In this document: positions 16,984-25,221 of the stretch, in pieces
How the letters are laid out: each line of letters begins with the position of its first letter
How positions within the stretch are numbered: position 1 is the stretch's first letter
Position numbers and translations under genes: made by a program
Assembly: GCF_000015145.1 (NCBI RefSeq)
Contig: NC_008818.1
Location: forward strand, 930,001 to 962,000
Reading direction: 5' to 3'
Source: Hyperthermus butylicus DSM 5456
Lineage (GTDB): Archaea; Thermoproteota; Thermoprotei_A; Sulfolobales; Pyrodictiaceae
DNA length: 32,000 nt
The notes under the pieces: generated by a model
What the model was told of the DNA's origin: nothing
Databases searched by the model: none
What the model saw: only the letters and a program-made list of their open reading frames with translations

Positions 16984-18267
16984 TTATGTGGAGTGTTTGG
17001 CTGAGAGCTGGGGGAAGAACTTACGAGCAGATTTTGCGAGGGCTGTGAGGCCGGGTAGGTCTTCGCCTGCGAGGAATAAGAGGAGTGCTCCACCGCCAGT
17101 ACTTAGGTGCATGTTTTCCTTATCGGCTAGCCCTAGGTTGGAGGCTATTACGTTGAGGTGGCCGCCGCCGATTATTACATAGGCGTTTGACTCTGCTGCA
17201 GATTTCACCAGTTCTTCGGTGCCTTTCCTAAATCTTGGATCCTCTATGACGCCAGCGGGGCCTCTGAGTACTATTAGCCTAGCTTCCTTCATCATCTCGG
17301 AGTACATTGAGATGGTCTGAGGCCCTATGTCTCTTATTACACCTTCTATGCCTGTGCCAACAGCTTCTACACGTACCTCGCCATTATGCTCTGTTACGAA
17401 GTCCACTGGTGTTTCAAGGGGAAGGCCTCTCAGCAGTAGCCTGCGTGCCCTGGGAACTAGTGCTAGAATACCCTTAGCCTCAAGGACTTCAATGTTTTTC
17501 CTACCGATGTTTATGCCCTTGGCAACCATGAACAGTTCTGCTACGAGGCCTGTTGCAAGAATGCGGTCAGCGGCTCGGTTTGCGTGCAAGTACTCCAGTA
17601 TCCTAAGCGTATCGTGGACCTTACCTCCTCCCAGGACAAATACTCTCGGCCTCTCCTCTGGCTTGTAGAGTTTTGATAGCGCGTGCAGCTCTCTCTCGAG
17701 AACTCTGCCAGCAGCTGATGGGAGTAGCATTGGGAATCCGACGATGCTCGGCTGGCTGCGGTGGGCGGTTGCAAATGCGTCGTTTATATAGTAGTTGAAG
17801 AGGGGGGCTAGCCTTTGCACGAAGATGCTTCCGGCATGCTTTTCCGGTGTAGCCTCTATGATCTCCTCCGATACGAGTCTCGTGTTATCCAAGAGTAGTA
17901 TCTCGCCGGGTTTAAGCTCCTTTATTGCCTGCCTTGCTGCGGGGCCGATAACGTCATCAACAAACTTTACCGTCATGCCGAGCCGGTCTGAGAGAACCTT
18001 GCTGTGTGGCTCTAGGCTCGTAAAGTCTGGCTCACCGGGTCTGCCCTGGTGCGAGATTAGTACTACGGCTGCGCCGCGTTCAGAAAGCTCTCTGATAGTC
18101 TTGGCATGAGCTCTGATACGTGTGTCGTCGAGTATGCGGCCAGTCCTGGGATCTATGGGGCTGTTAATATCGATTCTCACAAGTATTTTAGAACCCTTTA
18201 CACCATAATTCTCGTCAAGGTCGTCAATGGTGGGTATAACCTCTCCATTACGGAGAAGGCACGGCAA
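16984..18267 (-). CDS. pgk: Phosphoglycerate kinase
   Basis: VRIDINSPIDP..., VLISHQGRPGEPDFTSLEPH, LLLDNTRL, FVLGGGKVHD, GPAGVIEDPRF..GT. TTG start. Lies immediately upstream of gap. Confidence 0.96.
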   Translation of the reverse strand: MPCLLRNGEVIPTIDDLDENYGVKGSKILVRIDINSPIDPRTGRILDDTRIRAHAKTIRELSERGAAVVLISHQGRPGEPDFTSLEPHSKVLSDRLGMTVKFVDDVIGPAARQAIKELKPGEILLLDNTRLVSEEIIEATPEKHAGSIFVQRLAPLFNYYINDAFATAHRSQPSIVGFPMLLPSAAGRVLERELHALSKLYKPEERPRVFVLGGGKVHDTLRILEYLHANRAADRILATGLVAELFMVAKGINIGRKNIEVLEAKGILALVPRARRLLLRGLPLETPVDFVTEHNGEVRVEAVGTGIEGVIRDIGPQTISMYSEMMKEARLIVLRGPAGVIEDPRFRKGTEELVKSAAESNAYVIIGGGHLNVIASNLGLADKENMHLSTGGGALLLFLAGEDLPGLTALAKSARKFFPQLSAKHST

Positions 18268-18349
18268 AAGCGCTCCCGAGTGGGGAGGGTAGTATACTGC
18301 ATCCGGGGGAAGCTAAAAGAGCCGCGCATAAGTTAAAACAGCTGCTAAC

Positions 18350-18414
18350 GGGCGTTGAGGAGATACCCCGGGATCGAGTCTGACGGGGTGACGAGGTGGT
18401 CCTTCGCCGAGCCC
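18350..18414 (+). ncRNA. Candidate box C/D sRNA with variant boxes
   Basis: GGGC-GT-TGAGGA(C)-18 nt-CTGA(D')-4 nt-GTGACGA(C')-12 nt-CCGA(D)-GCCC. Same 65-nt length and closing stem as the 1454-1518 candidate. Variant C (UGAGGA) and D (CCGA) are mutually compensatory at the U-U position of the kink-turn. Confidence 0.4.
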
Positions 18415-18447
18415 TCAATTATCCTCCTATTTCCCTATTTCCCGGGG

Positions 18448-21117
18448 CTATCTGCCGGCTTCTACAGCCTCTCTAGGCTCTCCGCGGTACATACGCCTTC
18501 TTAGCAGCTCCATCACTCTCTCGTGTAGCTCCATTAGCAGTTTCTTCCTATCCTCCATGAGTACTATGTCGCTATAGCCCCTAACCACTATGTGGTGGGC
18601 GAAGGGGCTCGGTACTGTCGTAGGGCCGAAGTAGTCCACCATTACATGGCCCTCGTGGAGCCACTCTAAGACAAGCCGGGCATTAACTATGTCCATGTAG
18701 TCCTCGAGTATCTCGCGATAAGCCTCCTTAAGCACGGGGAAGCCCGGTATGCGCTCCACAGCTTCTAGCAACGTCTGGGCGTTGAGCTGGAGCGTGTGAG
18801 GGTCCTTCTCTCTACCACGGTACCTTCTCAGCAGCATGAAGCTTCTCTCGGCGCAATATCTAAACCTTCTCTTCAACAGCTCGGTGTTGCGTAGCACTCT
18901 CTTGAGAATATCTTCTAGCTCATTGGGCTTAACGCTGTAGACTAGCTCTTCAAGGTTTATGTCGTCTCTCAGCCCTGGCACTGTGAGCATGAAAGCGTTA
19001 TCGGTCACGGTGACGCGCACATTAGTTCCTGCTATTCTTGTTAGCTGGTAGGCGTAGGCCCTGGATAGTGCATCATTTACTCTGCGACCGAAGAGGCTAT
19101 GGAAGATTATTGACGTAGCGTCTGATTCTAGGTCGTGGAATAGCTCGACAAGTATCATCTTGTCGCTTGGGACCTTGCCTCCTGTGAAGAGGTATTGCTC
19201 GAGCACATAGTCGTAGATATTCTCGGCTGCATGATGCTCAAGGTTGTAGTGCTTAGCAATTAGCCTCACAGCCTCCTCTCGTGGTACTCCCTCCTCTATC
19301 ATCTCGGTTATCCAGCGGCGGAAAGCACCGACTAGTAGCGCGGAGTCAAAGGCTAGTGGTAGCATCTCGGAGAACCAGCTTGGTACGGTGGGTTTTTGTC
19401 CCTCGGCGGGTCTAACGTAGATCCGCATGCCCTCCGAGCGTATGAACTCGTATGTCTTGCCACCAAGGACGAAGATGTCGCCTGGCGTTAGTATCTGGAC
19501 GAAGGGTTCTTCCAGGTCGCCCACATAGCGTCCGTCAAGAGTAAACACCTTTACCTTAACCTCGTCGGGTATGGTGCCGCTGTTGAGGTAGTATATCATC
19601 CGTGCACCACGCTTACGGCCGAACACTCCCTCCTTCTCGTCAAGCCATATCTTTGCGTAGACCCGATACTCCTCGAGGCCATAGCGCCCAGCTAGAAAGC
19701 GTAGCACGTTCACAAAGTCCTCGAGGGATAGTGTGTGGAAGCTATAGCTTCGCCTCACGAGCCGGTAGGCCTCCTCAATACGCCACTTCCTCTCAAGGGC
19801 CATGCCTACAAGATGTTGTGCCAGAACGTCTAGCGGGTTCCTGGGTATGTGTACCCTGTCTATCTTCCTCTCAAGCGCGGCCTTGGCCAGCACGGTGCAT
19901 TCTACCAGGTCGTCGCGGTCGACAACTATGATCCTCCCCTTGCTAACCTGTCTAATGTGGTGACCGGCACGGCCAACTCTCTGCAGGAGCCTTGAAACGC
20001 TCTTGGGGCTGCTCAGAAGGACTACCAGGTCTATGTAGCCTATGTCTATGCCCAGCTCCAAACTGGTAGATGATACCACTACCTTTAGCTCTCCCCTCTT
20101 CAGTTTCTCCTCGACAGCAAGCCTTAGATCACGGCTAAGACTGCTATGATGTGCCTCTATCTCGTCGAAGTCTGCTATACCCTCCTCCTTCAATAACTTC
20201 TTCAGCTTATAGACGACTTTCTCTGTCGCACTCCGCGTATTCGTGAATACGAGCGTTGTGCGGTGCTCTCGTATTAGTTTTGCAAGTAGTCTATAGATAG
20301 CCTCGTTCACTTGCTCAGCAGGTGTATGTATAAGGTCACTAACAGGGCATAGAACGCGGATGTCTATCGGCTTAGCGAACCTGGCATCGACTATAATGCA
20401 GTCCCTAGGCTCGCCGGTGTCGCGGAAACCTACGAGGAACTTTGCAACCTCTTCCAGTGGCGCAATTGTTGCCGATAATCCTATTCTCTGTATAGGCCTG
20501 CCAACAAGGTTCTCAAGCCTCTCAAGCGAGAGGCTTAGATGTGAGCCGCGCTTACTCGATGCAAGTTCATGTATTTCATCTACTACCACCCATCTCGTGG
20601 TAGCGAGTCTTTCTCGGAACCTCGGCGCATTAAGTGCTATCGCTAGGCTCTCCGGCGTTGTTATCAATATGTGTGGTGGCTGCCTTGTCATGCGTTGTTT
20701 CTCGCTCGGAGGAGTATCACTCGTTCTCACAGCAACCCGTATCTCGGGAAGACTATGGCCCATACCCTCTGCTACACGCCTTATACCCTCAAGGGGGTCG
20801 AGCAAGTTACGTTTCATGTCATTGTTTAACGCTCGAAGGGGTGACACGTAGATAGCATAGATCTGTTCCTCAAGCTCGCCAGCCTCCCCCAGCCGGAACA
20901 GCTCGTCAATAATACCTAGGAACACTGCTAGAGTCTTGCCAGTCCCCGTGGGCGACGAGACGAGAACATTATACCCCTTCTTAATCAGCGGTATTGCGCA
21001 ACGCTGGGGAGGCGTGAAGCTTCCATACCTCCTCTTAAACCATTCTGCCACATATGGCCTAAGCAGTTCATATACGCCCTCGTCGCCCGGGCAGTGGCCA
21101 GCATACACTATCGCCAA
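18448..21117 (-). CDS. lhr: Lhr-type superfamily 2 ATP-dependent helicase
   Basis: 889 aa. Walker A SSPTGTGKTLAVFLGI, DEIHELASSKRG, VSSTSLELGIDIGYIDLV, LLQRVGRAGH, and the long Lhr C-terminal region. Confidence 0.95.
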   Translation of the reverse strand: MAIVYAGHCPGDEGVYELLRPYVAEWFKRRYGSFTPPQRCAIPLIKKGYNVLVSSPTGTGKTLAVFLGIIDELFRLGEAGELEEQIYAIYVSPLRALNNDMKRNLLDPLEGIRRVAEGMGHSLPEIRVAVRTSDTPPSEKQRMTRQPPHILITTPESLAIALNAPRFRERLATTRWVVVDEIHELASSKRGSHLSLSLERLENLVGRPIQRIGLSATIAPLEEVAKFLVGFRDTGEPRDCIIVDARFAKPIDIRVLCPVSDLIHTPAEQVNEAIYRLLAKLIREHRTTLVFTNTRSATEKVVYKLKKLLKEEGIADFDEIEAHHSSLSRDLRLAVEEKLKRGELKVVVSSTSLELGIDIGYIDLVVLLSSPKSVSRLLQRVGRAGHHIRQVSKGRIIVVDRDDLVECTVLAKAALERKIDRVHIPRNPLDVLAQHLVGMALERKWRIEEAYRLVRRSYSFHTLSLEDFVNVLRFLAGRYGLEEYRVYAKIWLDEKEGVFGRKRGARMIYYLNSGTIPDEVKVKVFTLDGRYVGDLEEPFVQILTPGDIFVLGGKTYEFIRSEGMRIYVRPAEGQKPTVPSWFSEMLPLAFDSALLVGAFRRWITEMIEEGVPREEAVRLIAKHYNLEHHAAENIYDYVLEQYLFTGGKVPSDKMILVELFHDLESDATSIIFHSLFGRRVNDALSRAYAYQLTRIAGTNVRVTVTDNAFMLTVPGLRDDINLEELVYSVKPNELEDILKRVLRNTELLKRRFRYCAERSFMLLRRYRGREKDPHTLQLNAQTLLEAVERIPGFPVLKEAYREILEDYMDIVNARLVLEWLHEGHVMVDYFGPTTVPSPFAHHIVVRGYSDIVLMEDRKKLLMELHERVMELLRRRMYRGEPREAVEAGR

Positions 21118-21206
21118 GGGCTAGCACCACCCTACATCAGCGCCACTACGCCATACACCTTACCCTTCTCCACCGGGCCCCGAGGGCTTAATTTAGAAAC
21201 ACGTCG

Positions 21207-21219
21207 CCCCCTTAGGGGG
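21207..21219. promoter_or_regulatory. Short palindrome CCCCCTTAGGGGG at the expected start of the RHH transcript
   Basis: 5-6 bp arms directly upstream of ATG 21223 and about 20-25 nt downstream of TATA-like cttaattta. Confidence 0.3.
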
Positions 21220-21222
21220 TTT

Positions 21223-21456
21223 ATGGGGGGTGCAGTGCCACAGACAATAGTTGTGACATTTAAGGTTCCGGTGGAACTCGTGGAGAAGCTTGATGAGCTG
21301 GTAAGGATGGGTATATTTAAGAATAGGAGCGAGGCTCTCCGTCACGCTCTCGTCATGCTGTTAAACAAGTATCGGGGTGGGCTATTTGCGGAGGAGGCTA
21401 TCAGAGGAGGATATCAAGGTACTCTACAAATTGAGGGAGATGATATCGAGGTTTAG
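21223..21456 (+). CDS. Ribbon-helix-helix (CopG/Arc-type) DNA-binding protein
   Basis: QTIVVTFKVPVELVEKLDELVRMGIFKNRSEALRHALVMLLNKY. The supplied ORF begins at 21094. GTG 21235 is an alternative start. Confidence 0.85.
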   Translation: MGGAVPQTIVVTFKVPVELVEKLDELVRMGIFKNRSEALRHALVMLLNKYRGGLFAEEAIRGGYQGTLQIEGDDIEV

Positions 21457-21703
21457 CTCCGAAGAGCTCAAGGTATTCGCCTATGTTTGGGACAACATCT
21501 CAGTGGGCGAGCTTCTCTTCGAGCGTGACCTCTACACCATATACAAGGTGTCCAAGCCCATACTCGTAGCTAGACGGTTGAGGGAGAAGGGTGTTATAGA
21601 GAGGGGTGAAGGCTGCTACAACCTGGCAAAGTGGCTCCGCAAGCTACGCAAGAAAGTGGGTAGCTTCGGTGAACTCCGAGCGCTCCTAGACAAGTTGCCC
21701 TAA
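21377..21703 (+). CDS. Predicted small winged-helix-like protein
   Basis: ELKVFAYVWDNISVGELLFERDLYTIYKVSKPILVARRLREKGVIERGEGCYNLAKWLRK looks like a wHTH. The 5' end is uncertain and overlaps the RHH gene (ATG 21440 would reduce the overlap). Confidence 0.65.
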   Translation: MGYLRRRLSEEDIKVLYKLREMISRFSSEELKVFAYVWDNISVGELLFERDLYTIYKVSKPILVARRLREKGVIERGEGCYNLAKWLRKLRKKVGSFGELRALLDKLP

Positions 21704-21727
21704 CGGGATGGGGGTGCATGGTGGGTC

Positions 21728-22357
21728 TTGGCTATTCTCGAGGAGCTATATGTTATCAAGCAGCGGGATTTTAGTGAGAAGCTTCGCGAGCTAACAGACC
21801 CTAATGTTGTCTACGTCACCGATCTTGTTACATGTAGTCATAAGAGGATTATGAGGTTAAACTATCCACTGCTAAGCTTCCAGTTTGAGCCACAGTTGCT
21901 TATCGGCGAACTTGTGCATGCTGGGCTTCAGGCGCTGCTGGCGAGGGATGGTTCTGAGTGGAGGGCTGAGGTACAGATTGAGGAGAGATATGATATTGAT
22001 GGTGGGGAGGTTGTTCTTAAGGGGCGTGCAGACCTCGTCAAGTATAACGATGGTGTCCCGGAGACGGTCGTAGAGATTAAGACTGCGCGCATGCTCCCCG
22101 AGGGAGCGCCACTAGAGCACCATGTTATGCAGCTCCGCATATACCTGCAACTCCTTGGTGCTCGACGTGGCATCCTCCTCTACGTCACCCCCGACCGCCT
22201 CGTAGAGTTCGAGGTTGAACCCGTAAACGTTGACATAGGGGCTCTTATCCGGGAGACAGTTTACGATATGAGGGCTCCACGCTATGACTGGGAGTGTCGC
22301 TATTGCCCCTTCCGCAAGTTCTGTCCCTACGCCCGGAAGGCTAGGCAGCAACAGTAA
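21728..22357 (+). CDS. Cas4-like / RecB-family PD-(D/E)XK nuclease with predicted Fe-S cluster
   Basis: One N-terminal Cys (DLVTCSHKRIM) plus CRYCPFRKFCPY at the C-terminus. Nuclease motifs GELVHAG, LKGRADLV, VEIKTAR and QLRIYLQLL. Confidence 0.88.
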   Translation: MAILEELYVIKQRDFSEKLRELTDPNVVYVTDLVTCSHKRIMRLNYPLLSFQFEPQLLIGELVHAGLQALLARDGSEWRAEVQIEERYDIDGGEVVLKGRADLVKYNDGVPETVVEIKTARMLPEGAPLEHHVMQLRIYLQLLGARRGILLYVTPDRLVEFEVEPVNVDIGALIRETVYDMRAPRYDWECRYCPFRKFCPYARKARQQQ

Positions 22358-22419
22358 GCTGTAATTGCTGCTAGTCACTTTGCTCCGGAGTCCTGGCTGG
22401 TGTAGGGTGTAGGGTTGGC

Positions 22420-23148
22420 TTGCTCAGGCTTCGTGGGGACCTGCATACGCATAGCAGTGTGAGTGATGGGAGAGAGTCGCCAGAGGAGATAGTGCTAACT
22501 GCAATCGACAAGGAGCTGGGCGTGATAGCGATCACCGATCATGACAGTTTTCTTGGCTCTTTAAAGGCTAGGAAGGTGGTGAGAGAGCTAGGGGTTGAAC
22601 TCGTAGTGGTTATCGGCGCTGAGATACGGACGGAGGCTGGTGACATACTAGTCTACTGTAGTGAGAACCCACTGGAGCGTATACCCCGCAACCCGTTCGA
22701 GCTAGTTGATGTCGCCCGGGAGGAGGGCTGCCTTGTAGTACCAGCACACCCCTTCGACATACGCAGGAAGGGGATTAGCGAACTAGTCTACCGCGGCAGG
22801 TGGGATGCTATAGAGGTCTTCAACGCCTATAGTGACCCCCTATCAAACCGACGTGCAGTCGAAGCTGCCCGCGTCTTGAAGCTTCCAGGCTTAGCCAACA
22901 GTGATGCTCACGTGGCAGCAGCGATAGGATCAGCATACAATATCATCGAGGTTAGGGAGCCTAGCGCTGAGGAGGTATTAGAGGCTATACGTGTTGGGAG
23001 AGTCACGCCCGTCGCGGGTAGGCCGAGTATATCGGCCGTCTTTAGCCAGGCTGCTTGGAGCATCAAGCGGCGCATAATGCGACGTAATAGAGGGCCTAGC
23101 AGATTAAATTACCTTGAAGAGGGAGGTATAAGGTATGAGGAGAGCTAA
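22420..23148 (+). CDS. PHP-domain metal-dependent phosphoesterase
   Basis: RGDLHTHSSVSDGRESPEEIV, IAITDHDSF, VVPAHPFDIRRKG, LANSDAHVAAAIG. Confidence 0.92.
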   Translation: MLRLRGDLHTHSSVSDGRESPEEIVLTAIDKELGVIAITDHDSFLGSLKARKVVRELGVELVVVIGAEIRTEAGDILVYCSENPLERIPRNPFELVDVAREEGCLVVPAHPFDIRRKGISELVYRGRWDAIEVFNAYSDPLSNRRAVEAARVLKLPGLANSDAHVAAAIGSAYNIIEVREPSAEEVLEAIRVGRVTPVAGRPSISAVFSQAAWSIKRRIMRRNRGPSRLNYLEEGGIRYEES

Positions 23149-23858
23149 CCTAGCTCCTTCTCGGCGGCCCTAGCCAGCGCCTCAGCCAGCTCCCGGATCT
23201 TTGCCTCGGGATCCGAGGCCTTCATGACCGCAGAGGCTACAAGTACACCCTGCGTCCCAAGCCTTATCGCTGCCACAGCATCCTCTCCAACTGTTATGCC
23301 TGCACCTGTCAACACTACTGCCTCTGGGTTAATCATCCTTATCAGCCTAACAGTTTCTCTCACAATTTCAGGTTTGGCTCTAGAAACGGGTATGCCGGTG
23401 CCAATAAGCTCTGGTGGCTCGATAGCAATCATCGTAGGCGACAATGCCGCCGCAGCAGCTGCGGCTGTAGGAGTATCAGCGCATACAAGTACCTCCATGC
23501 CTAAGCTTGTCGCTCTTCTAATCACGAAGTCTATATCGTTTAGCCCGACACGGTGCTCGCTATGGTTTATGATTGTTCCGCGGGCACCAGCTTCTCTTAG
23601 AGCCTCTAGTGGGAGAAATCCCGTGTGAGGCCCGGGCTCCACCGCGTCAGCATGTTGGCTATACACCTTTACGTGCTCTACAGCATCGCTTACCCGTACT
23701 ATCTCGGTTGCTGGAACAGCCACAATAACCTCAAGGCTGCCTCCATACTCGGCGGCTACATGGTCTGCTGCAAGAGCTATGGCTAAGCCTTTCTCACCAA
23801 ATGCCGTAGGGTATGCCTTAAAGTTTATCGCGAGTATGGGCGTGCGGCGACTAGTCAT
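23145..23858 (-). CDS. tpiA: Triosephosphate isomerase, archaeal type
   Basis: PILAINFKAYPTAFGEKG, GTIINHSEHR, IAIEPPELIGTG, VLTGAGITVGEDAVAAIRLGTQGVLVASAVM. ATG at 23858. The supplied ORF extends to 23924. Confidence 0.95.
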   Translation of the reverse strand: MTSRRTPILAINFKAYPTAFGEKGLAIALAADHVAAEYGGSLEVIVAVPATEIVRVSDAVEHVKVYSQHADAVEPGPHTGFLPLEALREAGARGTIINHSEHRVGLNDIDFVIRRATSLGMEVLVCADTPTAAAAAAALSPTMIAIEPPELIGTGIPVSRAKPEIVRETVRLIRMINPEAVVLTGAGITVGEDAVAAIRLGTQGVLVASAVMKASDPEAKIRELAEALARAAEKELG

Positions 23859-23948
23859 TGCATCCCCCTTCTCTCTCTTCACCGTGTAGCGGGCAAAAAG
23901 CCCAGATAGCAGTACAGTGCCCAAAACATTGCCACCTCCTTCATGCGC

Positions 23949-25070
23949 TTAGAACTTTGGAGGCTCGACATACTCTAGGACTCGATCCCTAGCCCTTTCG
24001 AGGCGGCGCTGATGCTCCTCGAGGAACTTTGCTAGGAGTTCAGCAGCATACTCCTTATCGGGGCCGCATAGGAGCCGGCTGCCTCGGCAGTCTTCGTAGA
24101 TCTTCCTTAGCTGTGTGTCATCCTCTATGAGATGGTAGAGGTAGAACTCGTACACTGTGCATTTCTCTGGCTCGCCGCCCAGGCGACGCTGCTCCTCTAC
24201 CGTGGCACGGCCTCCCGTGAGTGCCCGCTTAAGCTTCCTTACAGCAATGTCCACAGGATCTGTGAGGAATATAGTGTACTCCGGCCTAGAGCTACTCATC
24301 TTATTGCCGTCAAGCCCAGTCTGGAATCGGTGGTACGTCGATGCAGGCCTCCTAAGGCCTAGCTCGTTCTCGAACCTAGCAGCTATATCCCTAGTTAACC
24401 TTATGTGGGGATCTTGATCAGCTCCCACAGGCACCACGACGTACTTGAAGCCACCGAAGTAGTCTAGCTGTGGATGTAGAATGTCGGCTGCTTGTGTTAG
24501 TGCTGCCATTATCTTGCTGGGCTCTAGATCGCCATAGATTGCGCTCATCTCCTCCAGTGTAACCCTCCGCGAGAACATCTGTATGAGCCGGTAGTAGGGG
24601 GTCTCATAGTTTGTCTGGAAGTAAATGTGGGTGTGTTTGTTCTTCTCGAGCCCGAGAGCTATCAGGTTAGCAACATACTCGTACAATCCTATCTCTATGA
24701 TTTTTCTCCTGTCAAGCCTCCTCACAGCATAGGCCTCAGCGTCGGCTATAACGACGAATATTTCGAAGCCAAGCTTCTGATAGTATATTATCTGGTCGGC
24801 AACCATCTTGTGGCCGAAATGGAACTTGCCGCTTGGCATAAACCCGGTCACTAGAGCTATACGCTCGCCAGACCGGTAAGCCTCAAGTATCTTCTCGTAA
24901 TCGCGGTGGCCGAATATGATACCGCGCCTCATCAATCTATGAGGCTTACCAAATGCCTTCTCTACTTCTGGTAGAAGAGGCTGGAACGGCTTTATGCCAA
25001 AATAGCGGAAGAGCTTCTCGTACTCAAGCCTTATAGCCGAAGCCCATGGATCTAACCTATAGCCCTCCAC
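23949..25070 (-). CDS. trpS: Tryptophanyl-tRNA synthetase
   Basis: Class I motifs PSGKFHFGHKMVADQ and GNKMSSS. ADAEAYAVR, VGADQDPHIRLTRDIA. Confidence 0.95.
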   Translation of the reverse strand: MEGYRLDPWASAIRLEYEKLFRYFGIKPFQPLLPEVEKAFGKPHRLMRRGIIFGHRDYEKILEAYRSGERIALVTGFMPSGKFHFGHKMVADQIIYYQKLGFEIFVVIADAEAYAVRRLDRRKIIEIGLYEYVANLIALGLEKNKHTHIYFQTNYETPYYRLIQMFSRRVTLEEMSAIYGDLEPSKIMAALTQAADILHPQLDYFGGFKYVVVPVGADQDPHIRLTRDIAARFENELGLRRPASTYHRFQTGLDGNKMSSSRPEYTIFLTDPVDIAVRKLKRALTGGRATVEEQRRLGGEPEKCTVYEFYLYHLIEDDTQLRKIYEDCRGSRLLCGPDKEYAAELLAKFLEEHQRRLERARDRVLEYVEPPKF

Positions 25071-25125
25071 AATAAGCCCTCACCCGAGCCCCCATCCCTT
25101 AGGCTGGGCTACTAGATGGCGGTTC

Positions 25126-25151
25126 AAGTAGAGCCTCTAAGAGGTCTACTT
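25126..25151. repeat. Inverted repeat between divergent trpS and the LutA-like gene
   Basis: AAGTAGA-(G)-CCTC-TAA-GAGG-TCTACTT, 11 bp with one bulged G. Confidence 0.6.
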
Positions 25152-25221
25152 TAAACCCTTTCCGGCTAAGAGCCTGGATTAACGATGATGTAACTCCTCC
25201 AGGGTTTATTCAAAGGTTTTT

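Noticed and set aside
23891-23903. Small hairpin GGGC-AAAAA-GCCC between tpiA and trpS
   Set aside because: Only 4 bp. Too weak to claim without expression data.
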